A stretch of DNA of 64,000 nt from Macrostomum lignano (Eukaryota), in NCBI GenBank assembly GCA_002269645.1, contig NIVC01000503.1, forward strand, positions 1 to 64,000, in the 5' to 3' direction. Numbering within the stretch: position 1 is the first letter of the stretch; the number at the start of each line of letters is the position of its first letter. The position numbers and the translations under genes were made by a program. The notes beneath the pieces were generated by a model, which worked only from the letters and a program-made list of their open reading frames with translations, was not told the origin of the DNA and did no database searches. This document shows, piece by piece, positions 48,701-62,600 of the stretch.

Positions 48701-51700
48701 GTTCTCCCATGGTTATTGACTTTGGATTGAGGACGTAGGTCTTTACTGGTTGGTACTCCGGTCGAGTTGGACTATTTTTCTTCAGGTTATCGAGAACGTC
48801 GGCGAGCACTTTGTAGACGGTGGTCTTGCCACCGCCAGTTGGACCAACAAGCATGACACCGTGACGTACCAGCAGTGTCTCCCAGAACTGAATCACTTTA
48901 AGCACTTGGGTGTCGTCGATTTGCAAGCCTCGGCTAGTGATGACACTGCAGATCTCTTCTCTGAAAAGGCCGTAGTCGTGTTCGGGCAGCTGGACACCGG
49001 GGAACAAGTCTCGAAGAATAGCCTGAAAAAATGAAACAAAAAGTATGTAATCCAAGTAAAGTCTACAACGAAGCGACCCAAAAATATAGCCAATTCAAAA
49101 AACTTACCTTGAACAGCACGGCATCCTGTTTGAGGAACTTAGGCAGATTGGAGTCCCTCAACGCGCGAATCAGCACCACGTCCTCGTGCTTGTCCGGATT
49201 CTCTCGCTTCAGAGCGCCAGCCATCACTAGCACAGACTTGAGGGCGCGCATGCCAAAGTCGTAGTGATCCTGCTGCGAGAGCTGCTCGCTGCACAGCTTG
49301 TACATCTGCGTCATTTTTAGTGCGAGGTTCTTCGAAGATTCAAAACCTTCCGAGTAAAGAATAACTTCGGCGATGAGACGGTAATCTGGCACCATCATCG
49401 AGATCGGACGGAACAAAGCCTTCAAGTTGTCTGGCAGCTCTGTTCGACCAGCATAGCCAGGATTCATGGTGATGAACGCGGCGCAGGTCTTTACCAGTTT
49501 GATCTCGCGACCTTCGAACATGAAGCGGAACATGTTCCCGGCTTTGGCCTGGCGGATTGTGATCAGCTGCTGGGCGATCACAGACAGCACCTCGATGTCA
49601 ATACGATTGAACTCGTCGAAGCAGCACCAGGCGCCAGATTGTGCCAGGCCGCTGAAGAAGCGACCCATCATCTTGTAGTCAAGACCATCAGAACAGTTAA
49701 AGACCACGCATTGCTTGGCGAGCGACTTTGCCAAATCCTTAGTGGTTTCCGTCTTTCCTGTACCAGCGGGACCAGCGGGAGCACCGCCCAAGTCAAGCTG
49801 CAGAGCTCCCATAAGGCACAGGTAGCAGCGATCTGTCAGAGGTGTGATAACAAGACGCGGAGAAGCGCCGAGGTACTCGTAGCCATAGTAGTAGCGGCTG
49901 TTTGACATCTTGACGATGCAATTGTCTTCGTCTTTGTCCCAATAATAGCGCAGCTGCTTTTGCCAGTCGAAAGATGCGACGTCATCAATCTCATTCTCGA
50001 CCATTTCAGTCACCATGTCTCGAGCGTGCACATCGATGGTGATGAGGGCGCATAGTAAGGCGCGCAGCAGTTTCGGCAAGTCGCCACGCACGACGGCTGC
50101 AAGCTTGTTTAGATCCTGAAAGCACTTCTGCTCGAACTTTTTCATGCCTTCGAGACGAGTATCCGGCTCACCGGACAGTATCTCCTCGATATCGCTGCAC
50201 CACATTGTCTGGCTCACCGTGAGCACAACCTGAGAGCAGTGGCGAGTCAGCCATTCTTCCCGCTTACTGTCCATGTAGTCTAGAAGAGAAGCCTTCGTCA
50301 GTTTGCGCAGATTGCTGAACATTGCCTCCTCAACTTTGCCTAACCAGTCCTCTACGTTGCCGCGGGCTTTCAAGCCTTTTCCGAGGGACACCTTCTCGCC
50401 CTCAGGTGAGAGCATTGCGTGAATGTCATTGCTGTAGGTCACCTCGTTTGGATCAGCGGCTGGCTCACCCTCCTGCGGAGTCTTCGGCGCCAGAATTCCG
50501 AACTCCAGCTTAGAGATGGCGTCGAAGCACTTGCGAAGGTGCGGCTGCACAGCCTGGGGGTTGCGCGTCTGAGCGAGTATTTCCAGCAGTTCATCATTGG
50601 ACAAAAAGTAAAATCGTGGGAAAACAACGCGCTTAGACTCCAAGTAGTCTTCCAGACACTTCTGAATTTCATCAAGCAGCAAATTGTTGTTCTTGAATGT
50701 CTCCAATAGACCAGCTTGAGTCGCATATCGCATGGCCATCGGAGCTTTGTGAGCCTTTCGCATGATCTCTTTGTACGACTTGTCCACCGACATGAAAGAT
50801 TTCGATTCTGATGGCAGCTGCTTCTGAATGTCCGGGGCGCTGAAAACGGACTCCAAGTACATCCAGTTGCGCTGGCAGGTTACCCACTCTTCTAGTGTCT
50901 TGCCGAAGAGCTCTAGGTTGGCCTGCCAGTCATCAACGCGGTGCTTGATTGGTCCGACGTGACGCGATGAGGCGATGGTGGCAATGTTGATGTTCGAGTC
51001 GTCCAACAGCTGCTGGATGTCGTCTGTACCGCCGAGCATATACACGTCTTTGTATAAGTGCTCTTTGTACGGCAGGATGATGAATTCCTGGGTTTTCCAA
51101 GCCTCTTCAACTCGCAACAAGATCTGCTCCAGACTGGCCTCAGAGCTCGCTTGACCAGAGACTTCTTGAAGCGCTTCGGAGTGCTCAAACGCCTTGATCT
51201 CGATGAGCGTGCCCAGAGTAAATGGCTCGGGCTGATCGCGCAAAGCTAACGAGACAATCTCTTCGATCTTGTTCCAGTGCCGGTCCTTTAAGTTTTCGTT
51301 TCTCAGGTCGGTCACCACAGGCAGCTTGGTGCGCATGTCGTCAACTTTCTCTTTGAGTCGTGGCACCACCGGATTTGGCGGTAGGCCTTTCTCTAGCTGC
51401 TGCACCGCCTTCATGTATTTCATCGTTGTGTTGCTTAAGTCTTCGACATCGAGCTCCATGAAGGGAGCAGCCTTCCACTGATCAAGGTACTTGTCCCATT
51501 CGTCAATGGAGTTCCAGAGCATTTCCTTGAGCTTCAGCTCGGCGAGGACCTCTTCCAACTCGTCAAACTTAGTCTGTTCAACCTTGAAGTTCTTCTGGTA
51601 TGCCTTGTACTGGTAGGCTCGCTTGCGAAGCTCCTCCATTCTTGTGAGCAGCTTAGCCACCTCTTTCATCACCTTGTCCTTCTCGCTGGTTACGTCCAGG

Positions 51701-54700
51701 ATCATTGGGTTTTGAGCTTCCTGCTTCACTTCGCGAACCTCCTTATTGATCTCGGCAATGTCGCGCTCCATGCACGATACAAACTTATCCACATTGGCCT
51801 CCCGCTCGGCCAGCGCTTTGTCAATGGCGTTCTTGGCCTTGTCGATGGAGGGGAACAGAGTCTGGAAAACTGCTTGATCCTCTGGTGGCACAGGAACTTT
51901 AAAGTGGTCAACCAGTTCGTACATCTCCTTAACCACCTCGGCCTCATTCTCTAATGGTTCAATTCGCTGTTGAATCTCGTCCAGGAATGTCAGAAGGTCC
52001 ACATAGTCGGTGGTGTCCTTCGGCTCCTGGAGCAGCTTGTACTCAGCGTCTTGGCTCTCCTTGACCAGACGATCAACCTCGCCTCGAGCCAGCCTTGGCA
52101 GCAGATCGTGTATAGCTTCTAGGCAGCGCTGAGGCGATGGAATCAGCAGCGACTTCATGTTTGCTCCGTTCACCAGCAGCATTCCGATGGGGCGCTCCTC
52201 CACGATGCCCGTGGCCATGCGCTCCTGTCGATTGTACCGCTTCAGAGCCTCGTGGAAGAACTCCACGTCTGAAAAACCGATTATGATTAATCAATTATGA
52301 TCCAATCAAGAAAGTTCAGCTCAGAGCTGATAAACGCAATCTAATAACAAGTTAAAAGTGCGCATTGTTTTGCTTTCTTGTGCAGAGCTTCCTAACAGCT
52401 TTAACAAGGCAAGATGAGTGTGTGTCTCAAACATTACGCTCGTATGTGTAAAAGTTCAAAAAAACTTGCACGTTCAAATTTGAACGATTTTGAAAAAGGA
52501 TGTGCTCTCAAAGAGTTTTTAAAGTTTTTAGGAAAAAAATTGCTGAAAATGAAAATAAATAACAAAAAATTCTCCATCAAAGAACAGCAGTAGCAAATAT
52601 ACTGTTAATTAAGGTAAAGTAGCTCGAAAAATAACGTCACCTCTGCGCATTTTCTGCGGTCCGATAAATCCTTCGTTAAAAGCTGTGTTGAGAGCATTGT
52701 TAGTTTGTTAAATCAAGATTTTCAGGATTTACAGTTAGTTTATTGCACTAAAAGTAATTGATTAATAATTATATTGTTCAAAGCAGGGGCTTAAAAAATT
52801 TTAAGTAATTAGACTATTGTTAGTAGGCGGTCAATATTAAACTAGACTGAAGCTAACTTTTCAATCGAACATACCGATTTGAGCCTGCTTGAACGACTCC
52901 AAGTCAGTGGCCTCGTTCTCTTGGTAGAACTTTCTGAACGGCTCGAACGTGTTCGAGTACTGATTGGCGGCGTTGAATGCGGCATCCAGGCTGTCCCGGA
53001 TTTGCTGAGTAATGGCGGACAGGTGTCTGTCGTCTTCGAACATGGCCTAAAGTTTTTTAATTCAAGGTTGATATTCAAGTTATTTGTAAGGCAATTTTGA
53101 ACCTGATGACTGGGAAAACTTACGTGCAGGCTGGGACCATCTCCGCACGTCTTTTCCTCGAACTTGTTGTTGATGATCGGTCGAGTGAACGCGTCGAAGT
53201 AAGCGTCTGGAACAAGATTCTGCACATTGAGCACTACATCCTTGAATGCGTCAACTATGACGCTGATCTCATCAACGAAGTCTTTGTTCGACGGTGCAAA
53301 GTCGATTTGAGAAAGGTCAAGCACGAATTCTGTAATGAATAGCGGCGGGACTTTTGCCACCGGCTCCTCAGCTGGGGCAGCAGCTGTGCCAGATTTTGGG
53401 CGCTCTTCTGGCGGCCCGGGTTGCTGCGCCGGGTCAGTCGGAGCCGAAGCTGCAGCCGCAGCAGCCTTCGCAGCCGCTTTCTCCTCGGCCTCATCGTCAT
53501 CGTCTTCGTCCTCCTGCCGATTGTAGGATTGAATCTCCTCGAGCGACGGCGTGTTGGCCAACTGCTCCTGCAGGTAGTTAAGCATTGTGGTCACGGAATT
53601 GACGGCTAGCACGTGCATCGTGTTCACAATCAGGTAGTCGGCCAGACGGATGAAGCAGGAGAGGCGCTGGCAATGGTTGCGCTTATTAGCCTGCTCCGTG
53701 TAGGTCATCTTATCAGGACTTTCCTCCGCGTAGATGTCCATGTCGTAGCTCTGCATCATGTAACTGCTGGCAGTTCCTGGCGGCTCCATCAGGGCTTCGT
53801 CAACAAAGTAGTCATCGGGTGTGAATCCTGCCTCCAGCAGAGCGGTTCGACAAGCAGTTCGAACAACCTCCTTGACCAAGTCGCGGAATTCTTTCAGTCG
53901 TTTCGACACTTCATCTAGCTGCTCCTGTTGGGCAGTCTTGAAATCCGGCAGTCTGTAAGTGCGACCCTTGTCTATCTTGCATAGGCCCATGTCGCTGATT
54001 CGGTAGCACATCTCGCGAACGTTGAGAATTGCCGGTCGCAGTGACCGATTGATAATGAACAGATTCTCTTCCAGGCCTTTCTTGGCTCGATCGATTTTTA
54101 ACCAATTAACTGTCTTCTTCCACGTCATGAAGGCTTTCCACTTCTTAAAGTCGAAGAATGTTCGGCGCTTCACGATCTCGCCGACGATGCTATACTCGTA
54201 GATGAACCGATCCAGCGGCAGGTACTCAATGTCGGTGTCGCCCTCTCGCATGCGCACGAAGCCGCCTTCGATGCTGAGAGTGGCATAGTCGCTCTGGTCC
54301 ATTTTGTTGTAGTCGACAACTCTGCGCGGGGAAACAAGCGGTTGTTGCTATTAGCGACATTCGATACGCAGCTAGCGAGGATGCAAACAGTTTTTTCTCG
54401 TTCTGTCTGCCCCTTAGCACCCACACAATAGGATTAAGAATCGTTAATTTCTGCGTACGACCCACCAAAAATCGGACGTTCTAACGCTAAGTTACTCGGT
54501 CTCCATTTCCCCAAGCTACACGTTGTCTAAATTGCTACTTACTTCAACTTGTACGAATTGAAACCGACGTTAGTGATTGGCACGGCCGGATTCAAATAAA
54601 AGAATTTGATCTTCGGATTGGCTCTCAGAACGTTGATCAACTTCATTATGTCGGTTTCGCCGTAGAATTGGGCAGCATCTGGATTATGTCGAATGATATA

Positions 54701-55736
54701 AAGTTGTTGAAAGATCTAATCTATCAGCTCATTCATTCAACAAAAATATGAAAGCTGTGATATTTGACGCATTCAAACTTTGAAATAATAAAACAATACA
54801 ACAAAAACCATCAAAGTATGATTGCTTGTGATCAATTCGAACTTTGAAGAATAAAAAATGTGACGGAAAATTGAAAGTTTCCCGAGCTTGTGACTTTGGT
54901 TCTATCCTTCGCGACTTTATTGATGTTACCTTTGGCTTCAAGCAATTAAGCTGATACACTTTATGGTTCTGAAAGCAATTCAAATGCGATATTTTACTAT
55001 TGCACAGAATATCTCGCATGGTCGAAGGCATTTTCCAGTTTGAGCAAAGCGACGTAGAACAGTTACAAGCAACCCGGTTCGCTCACCAACTTCGACCTTC
55101 GTTCGGCTGACGCTGGCCGATGCGGCGTGAACTCGGCCCTGAGCCGACGCCTTTCGTTCGTCTCCTCCATCCGGAGAGATCGAACCGCCGACCTCCGCAG
55201 CGGCGGCAGCGGCAGCGGCGCTCTGCGGCCGGCTCAGGCTCTCCTGGCGCTCCTTGAGCGGCTCGGGCAGCTCCGGCAAGCCGGCGCGCGTTTCGTCGGT
55301 CAGCGGCTCCAGGACGCCGGAGCGACGCAACTTTTTCGGATCTGGGCCGTCGCGCCATTGGCCCTCCTCTTGAAGCTTGTCCTTGGCCTTCTGCCGGATA
55401 TAATCCGGATGGCTGATGTGCTGCCGGTGCTTCAGCGTGGCCTGAAAAATTTAGCGTTGAGACAGTTGTCAGTATAAATTGAGGATGCTAATTTACGTCG
55501 GTAAGGCATTGGTGCAACACTCTACTCACCAGAGGCTCCAGGTAGTTGCTGGACGGGGCCGCCTGTGCCCTCTGCTGCGCTTTGGTGGGCTTCATCATGC
55601 GCAGCTGACTCTTGGCGCCAGGGAAACTGGCTTTGCCAGCGTCTAGCATGGTTCGGGTGGCAAGCAGGTCGGTGCCGTTGCCTGAATTGTTGGCGTTTCC
55701 GCCTGTGTCCGGTTGAAACTCATTGGTCACTGACAT
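39778..55736 (-). CDS. DNAH6: Axonemal dynein heavy chain, DNAH6-like (18 exons, ~4219 aa once four missing bases are restored)
   Basis: Exons 55736-55530, 55441-55087, 54678-54543, 54321-53124, 53046-52875, 52268-49108, 49022-48624, 48542-46807, 46712-46032, 45456-45302, 45114-44698, 44623-44378, 44286-41727, 41627-41391, 41269-41012, 40943-40455, 40125-39981, 39881-39778. P-loops [67 protein letters not shown] and the C-terminal GHSTNFVV recall DNAH6. Confidence 0.9.
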
Positions 55737-56641
55737 GGCAGTGACAGAAATAGGTTATGAAAATTAGTTATTATTATTAAAAACATAGTATGTATTAGCT
55801 TGAGCAAATAGAACTAGCTTCTCATCTTAATTAGAAGTTGAAATTGTCCCTAAAAACAGTCCATAATTGTTAATTATGCAAATGCAAAATAACTAGTAAA
55901 GAAAAAAATCCTAGAAAAATGAGTTATTTTACAATAAACTTCTCAAAAACTAAAGCTAATAAATTCGTATAAACTGATAAAGTTGAGAATTCTCAAAAAT
56001 CTGGAAATTTTGCATAAACGTCATATAGCTAAGCCAAAACATGTGTTATATTTCTCCTATTTTATATAAGTCCGAAAATTGCTGATAAGAAAATTAATAT
56101 GTTTTTGTTACAAGAGTATTTTGCAAACATTCAAAATATTTCTCTGCATTTAGAGGTTAAAATCTAAAAGCTGTATTGAACCTAGAAAGAGCAATAGTGC
56201 TATACAAATGCGAACCAAGAAGAAAAGAATGAACCAACCGTTTGAATCAATTGCGAGAAATAAAATACCACTTAAAAATCAAACTCAACCAAACCAGCAC
56301 AACAACACCATCGCAACAACCGCTATAACAAAGTTTAGATACGCAGTCAATATTTTCTGATTTTAAAATGCAATTAATTCTGCACTTTTCAACACTTAAA
56401 CTGAGTTAATTATTGCAAATCACAAATTTATTATCAATATAAATTATGCTTAAATTTACATTTTCGTAGAATGCCGATTTGTAAAGAGAAAGATTCTGTA
56501 AACTAAATTTGCATTTGTCTAGTTGGAATTGGAATTGCTTCATCTTATTGTTATTTTTGACGTAACTAGGCCTAAGTTTAAGTTTGCGTGAACCGCTGCA
56601 TCTATCTGATAATTTTTCCTAATTCTTTTTCAACTCTTACA
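55737..56641. promoter_or_regulatory. Putative bidirectional promoter between the divergent DNAH6 and NAPG start codons
   Basis: Only 905 bp of AT-rich DNA separates the two ATGs. TSSs cannot be seen from sequence. Confidence 0.5.
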
Positions 56642-59600
56642 ATGTCTTCGAAAATCGCTGAAGCTGAGCAGCACATTAAAGCTGCCGAGGACAGGTAGGT
56701 GTTAGTGTTATAATATTGTGTGCATAAATGGCAGTTGTTGTTGTTACGGCGACTGTATAAATAACAAAATGGTTATTTTTATGGTTAGACAGTATCTGGG
56801 CCTAGGGACCAGGGGTGAAGCGGCAGGAATTTCCAAGTCCTACAGGGGGGATACACCAAGGTGAATTTTCTACAGGGGGGATACACCAAGGTAAAAGTGC
56901 TATGACAGAGTCACATGGTAGCATGTATAGCAACAAAGGGCAACAAAAAATTTTTGGTCAGGCTCTTCAGGGGGATACATCCCCCTTATCCCACACTCCA
57001 GATCATGTAGTATATGCCCAATAATTTGGGTGTGTATGTGCATTGGCCTTTCATGCCAAAATTAGGCGTGCACAGTTGGCATGCATCACTCCTAAGAAAA
57101 TAGTATGCGTTGCACACCTGGTGTGTACTTTATAGAATCACGTGTAAGAGTTATTATGAAGTAGAAAAAAATATGAAAAAAGTTCATTTTAAGCACAAAT
57201 TTCAAGCTTTCCGGTTTTTTCAAGCTTGTAAAAGAGCATTTAAACAAATCTTTTCATGTAGGCCTATAAAATTTCCGCTGTAAATAGTATTGCTGAAAAA
57301 GCATAAAAAGCAACCAAATTATCTGGTAATAAAGGTCTATTATACAATTTAAAAAAGGTATTTTGTTGTCACCATAAAAAAGGTCATTTATTGTCGCAAC
57401 ACTGGCATATTTTTGAGAATGGGCATGCACTACATTTTTTTCGGCATGCATTTGTAATTATTCAATTTTTGTTTGGGTGTGCACCCAGCATAAACTGGAC
57501 TATGGCCCTTATCCCCCCTCCCTATGCCCTTGCTAAGGATACTATCTAGGCCTAGCTAGGCCTAGGGTCTTAACTTAATGTAACCATATATAGCAAAACT
57601 GTTACCATTGTCCATTTCATGCTTGGCATTACACCGGAAGAAAACTGATGAAATTTCATCATTTACGCCAGACTTATGCTAGGCTTAGTGCATACCAGGC
57701 ATAATGCCTAGACTAGGATGGAGGTGTCAGTGAGGCAGTTTGTATGAATATCTTTCATTTTTTTAATTTAAATAACGTTTCCATTTGTATATTATAATTA
57801 AAACTTTATAAACATATAAGTATTAAAAAGATAATAATGTAAAAGTTTTTGCATTACAGCACAATTTCTAGATTTTAAACTTTGTTTTACTTTTTTACAA
57901 ATAATAAAATATAATGTAGTGATTTAAATTCTCAATTGTATTCAAATACTGGAAATAAGCTATAGTCATTAAAACCATAGTCAATGTTTATTTCTGGTCA
58001 GGGAAACATGCCAAAAGATTATCTGTCTCAATTGTTTTTATGCTCGCCATTTATGCCAATCCATTTTTTACAGGGTATGGACAATAAATTGGCAGTAGGA
58101 CGAGAAAAAACTGTCTATTATAGATAAAAAATACTTTCACTCTTCCTATAGTTTTAATTACATAAATTGTTAGTCGCATGTTTGTAGGTTGTGTAGTGAT
58201 ACATCAGCAGCAATATTATTCAATAAATCTACTATTAGCCTTGACAATTTGCTCTAGCTGATAACAAAATTAGGAGTATGCATAGCAGATGCTATCCTTG
58301 TTGACTGTGGCTGTTTCCTATGTTATTGTCCTTGAGGGCAGCCACACTATTATGGTACATTCAGTTTGGGGCTCTCTCCAACATGTCCCAGTAAAAATAT
58401 TCCAATGGATTGGCATCCGGTGAATTTAGAGGCCATATGTCGGGAGTCTATACTAGGTCAATGTTGGCCTGCAGCCAATCTTAGATAGTCCAAGCTATGT
58501 GAGCTAGCACAGTCCTAGTCCTGCTAGAAAACATATAGCCTACCAGCTGCTACACTGTCAATCCATGGCTTCACAGCAGTCTAAAGCATTTTGAGATATA
58601 AATCCTTGCCAACTCTGGCTCATTGATCAAAGAAGTGCAGTGGCATTGCGTTACTCTCATTTAAGAGGACTGACAGCATTATCATAGATGCTGGGTACTT
58701 TGACCGCATCACAACTAGAATGTCTTCAATATGCTGGCATAGCCAATGGTCATTGCATTAGTTGAATTTGGCATCCAGAACAAAGACTTTCTCATTGCTA
58801 AAAAAGTGAATGCGCCCAGCCGCTTCATGCTTCAATGATGATAGCAATGACTGGCAGCGGGCAACATGCCTGTCTTTCTGCTGTGGAGTGAGGAGCTGGT
58901 GAACCTTTAGCAAGTAAGAATGGTAGCGCAAGTCTTCTAGCATTGCCTTTCGAATTGTCTTTTCATCCATTTCTAGCATTTAGGCCAGCTGCCGCATAGA
59001 CTGCAAAGGATCTTGATTGATAAGTCCTTGCAGCCTTTCAATGAATGCTAGTATCCTCATTCTGTCTGAACAGGGAGCATGCGCCTTGTGCTGAGATGCT
59101 AAAGCTTCTTCAGCATTATCTGCTTCTCAAAATTGCTTTGCAATTTGATACACAATGCACTCAGGGATGTTGTGGAATTGTACAATCTCTCTAGCTAACC
59201 TTCTGGTGTGCAGTCCTGGTATGATAGTAGCTATTGTCATATCCCTTTGACATTGCTAGTCATACATGCACAACCTCCAAAATTTGGTCAGCCATGCGAC
59301 TTAGTTTTAACAAAAATTAGTCTTGGCATAAATGCTTGGCATAGGAATTAAATGGTGGACGGTAAATTGGCAGTAGTTTTAACCATAGACAACTTTACTC
59401 TTATATAACCCATGGGCACCAAACTTTACACAAGTATTCTTCATGCAACTAAAATTTACAGCTATATGAGTCAGATCTTATTACACTAGCAACATACATG
59501 CACAACAGTTGGCCGAGTTGGCCAATCTAGCCAACCGATTTGGCGGCCAACCAAGGAAGTCGCAAAAATGCCCACCCGAAAAAACACCTAAGTAGTACTA

Positions 59601-62600
59601 AGTAGCTGACAAGACATTTTGGCTTAATAAGACAGTCATAGTTACTCCTGCCGTTCACCCAAAGTTGCGTCAATTTTGCTTTAGGGTTTTTTACATGTAA
59701 GTCGAATTTTTGTCTAGAATTATGCCAGGGATTTACAGCATAACTGTAACAAAATGGACTATGGAACTTATTTTTATAGTTACCATAGGTAGGAAAAAAA
59801 TAGCTATTTTTATGGTTGTGTAGAAGAAATTTCATTTAAATTCAATGTAATAGTTAACAATTACCTAAAGTAAGCTACTGTGACAAGGACCATTAGAAGT
59901 TACCATTGTATAAATTTATTTATTCATAACATTTTTCTTATTTTTAAATTTAACCATTTTAGTATTTGTACTGCAGGTTCATTACTTCATTTAGATGGTA
60001 TTTGTTTTAACTGTTAACTGTAAAAAGAACCATCTCAATATTTATACAGTCACCATAACAATAACAACTGCCATTATAAATTTGTCTTTATATACAGATT
60101 ATTTTTTAATATTTTGAATAAAAACTTGAAGATAGCTTAAAATATTCCTTCAATAGTGTTTATATTATCAATATACTATAGTGTCAATCCTGCCATGATT
60201 ATTTTAGTGTGATTTAAATAAAAATATAGTGCATAGAATTTTTATACATACCATACCATGTTTTGCTTTGTAACATTTTATGCCAATAGGATACCTTTCA
60301 TTTTCTAGTTTTTAGAAGTTTGAGCATTTTAATTTAAGCCAAGACAAAGAAGACATAATTTCAATTTCATAAAGAACGCCTAAATATATATTTATTTTAA
60401 TATGTTAATTAGGTTGATGATGGACCAAGGTGGCCACAAGGCAAACCTATTTCTTATTGCTTTGAAAGGAAGGCTAAAAGAAGGGTAAGGTATAGAAATG
60501 GAAGCTTTCTCTTGTCAATTCCTCTTATCTCAACCTGATTCTTATCTCATCTCTTATTTTAACTCATTCCTAATTCAAGGTCAAGGAAAGGCTGAGAGGA
60601 AAGTAAGGTATAGAAATAGAAACTTTTTCTTATTAATTCCTCTTATCTCAACCTCTAAGTCTATATCTTATTTGTCAAACTATATAGTTTTGGATAGGCC
60701 TAGCTTTTGAATGACTAATACTTAATACTATATTATTGACAATTAGGCCTATAACTTTAGGCCTATAGGCCTAAAGTATGTACTTGTTAAAACTAAAAAT
60801 GGTTTTGATTAGTGTTTCACCATAAGGAGGGTCTATATGCTATTGCTATAGCCATAAGCAAAACTATTGCTTATTCCAATTCTCCATATTCCATAGCCAT
60901 AGGGACCCCAATATTACTATATTCCCATAGTTCCCATAGCCATAGCCATAGTTTCAACAAAAAGTCTAGGAATCAAAATATTTTGACTCAAAAAGATAAC
61001 CAGGTTCTTAAACACCTTAAGATGGAAAATAAAACAAACCCTCAATTGCCTTTATAAGATTGTATTTCGTCTTTGACAAAGGGTAACAATACTTAATCAC
61101 TACTGAAAGTACTAATGCTGAACTTTTTCACATTAATAAAAGTTAGACTTTGCTAATGTTTTATTGTATTTTATTAACTATAATCTATATGTTTCTAAGT
61201 CTATAATACAGTTTTCCAAAGTATCTTTGTTTTACTCTACTTGTTTCTTATAGTTTTTTTAATTAATAACTAGGGCTACAGGAATCTATGGAATATGACA
61301 ACAATTATCATATTTCTGTAGTCATAGCTATAAAAGCAGCTATCTACCGTAGGCATATCTATAGTTTCCATCGGCAGGTCTATTTTACCATATTTAGGGT
61401 TTCTTTCATAGGTAAATCTCTTTTTTGGTCAAAAAGCAAGTTGCATGACCAGTATAAATCAGGGGAATTGCACATGTATGTTTAAATATGGTTCCAATTC
61501 TTAAATCACCAAATTCAAATTATATAAAAGCCAATTTCTACTGCTCATAGAGCAGAACATGGAATAAAGGTATGTTAACTTTCTAAATTTGTTCCTATTA
61601 TAATCCTATAAATTTGTGTACCTACATATACAATTGTGCACTTGACAGTGTCCATGTGTTTTTATATTGTGGCTATCATATTTATTGATATAAATATGGG
61701 AGAAAGTTTGTTACAGCTAAAGTTTATTTACATGTCACAAAATGCTAGCATAATTTTTTTGCTCCAAAATAATTTATAGTTTATTGCCTTCAATTCTCCA
61801 AAATTAGCCTATTTTTATAATCAAACTTGTTATAGTTTTAAACTATATATTTATTAAGTCTCATTGAGTATAAAGAGTAGAAATAGGATAGGCAAAATTT
61901 TTCCTTTATAAATAGTGTTTATTTTCTTAAAAATATATTGGCTACTTTAAATACAGAACCCAGAATTTTTTATCTAGTTCTGTATACCAGGTATAATTAA
62001 AATTCAAAACTATTATGGTTATTGAAGGCAAGCTAGTAAGAATACATTGCTATACATAATGTCAAAAACAGTATATTTGCCAGTTAGTAAGCATGCTAAA
62101 ATATGCCGCCATTTAACCCAGCCTGAAGACTGGACTGCTCAAGATGCGCCGCAGTCCAGATTACGACTCAGCTGCTGACGAGTATGCCAAAGCTGCCGCC
62201 GCCTTCCGTGCCGCTCGCGAATTCAAACGGTCCCAACAGATGCTGGTTAAAACTGCCGACATCACTGCCAACCATTTGAAGAACCTGTTCCACGCGGCTA
62301 AGCACCTGGAGACGGCCGCTCTTCTGGCTAAGGAGGTCAAGAACTATGAAGAGGCAGCGGAATGGCTGGCTAAAGCTGGTAGGATGCTGCGCGAGAATGG
62401 GAACCCGGATAGCGCCTCGCTCATGCTGGAGAAGGGGGCTAAGTGAGTCCTGGTCTTGAGTCATTTCTTTTACTGATTTGCAAAATAAATTTCTTGGAAT
62501 TGAATAGATTAGCAATCCACAGTCACAATTAATTGGATAGATTAGCAATCCACACTGTGTCACAATGAACTGGATAGATTAGCAATCCACACTGTGTCAC

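Noticed and set aside
41415-54468. Many short plus-strand and off-frame ORFs over the dynein gene
   Set aside because: Shadow ORFs of a GC3-rich coding sequence with no independent motifs.
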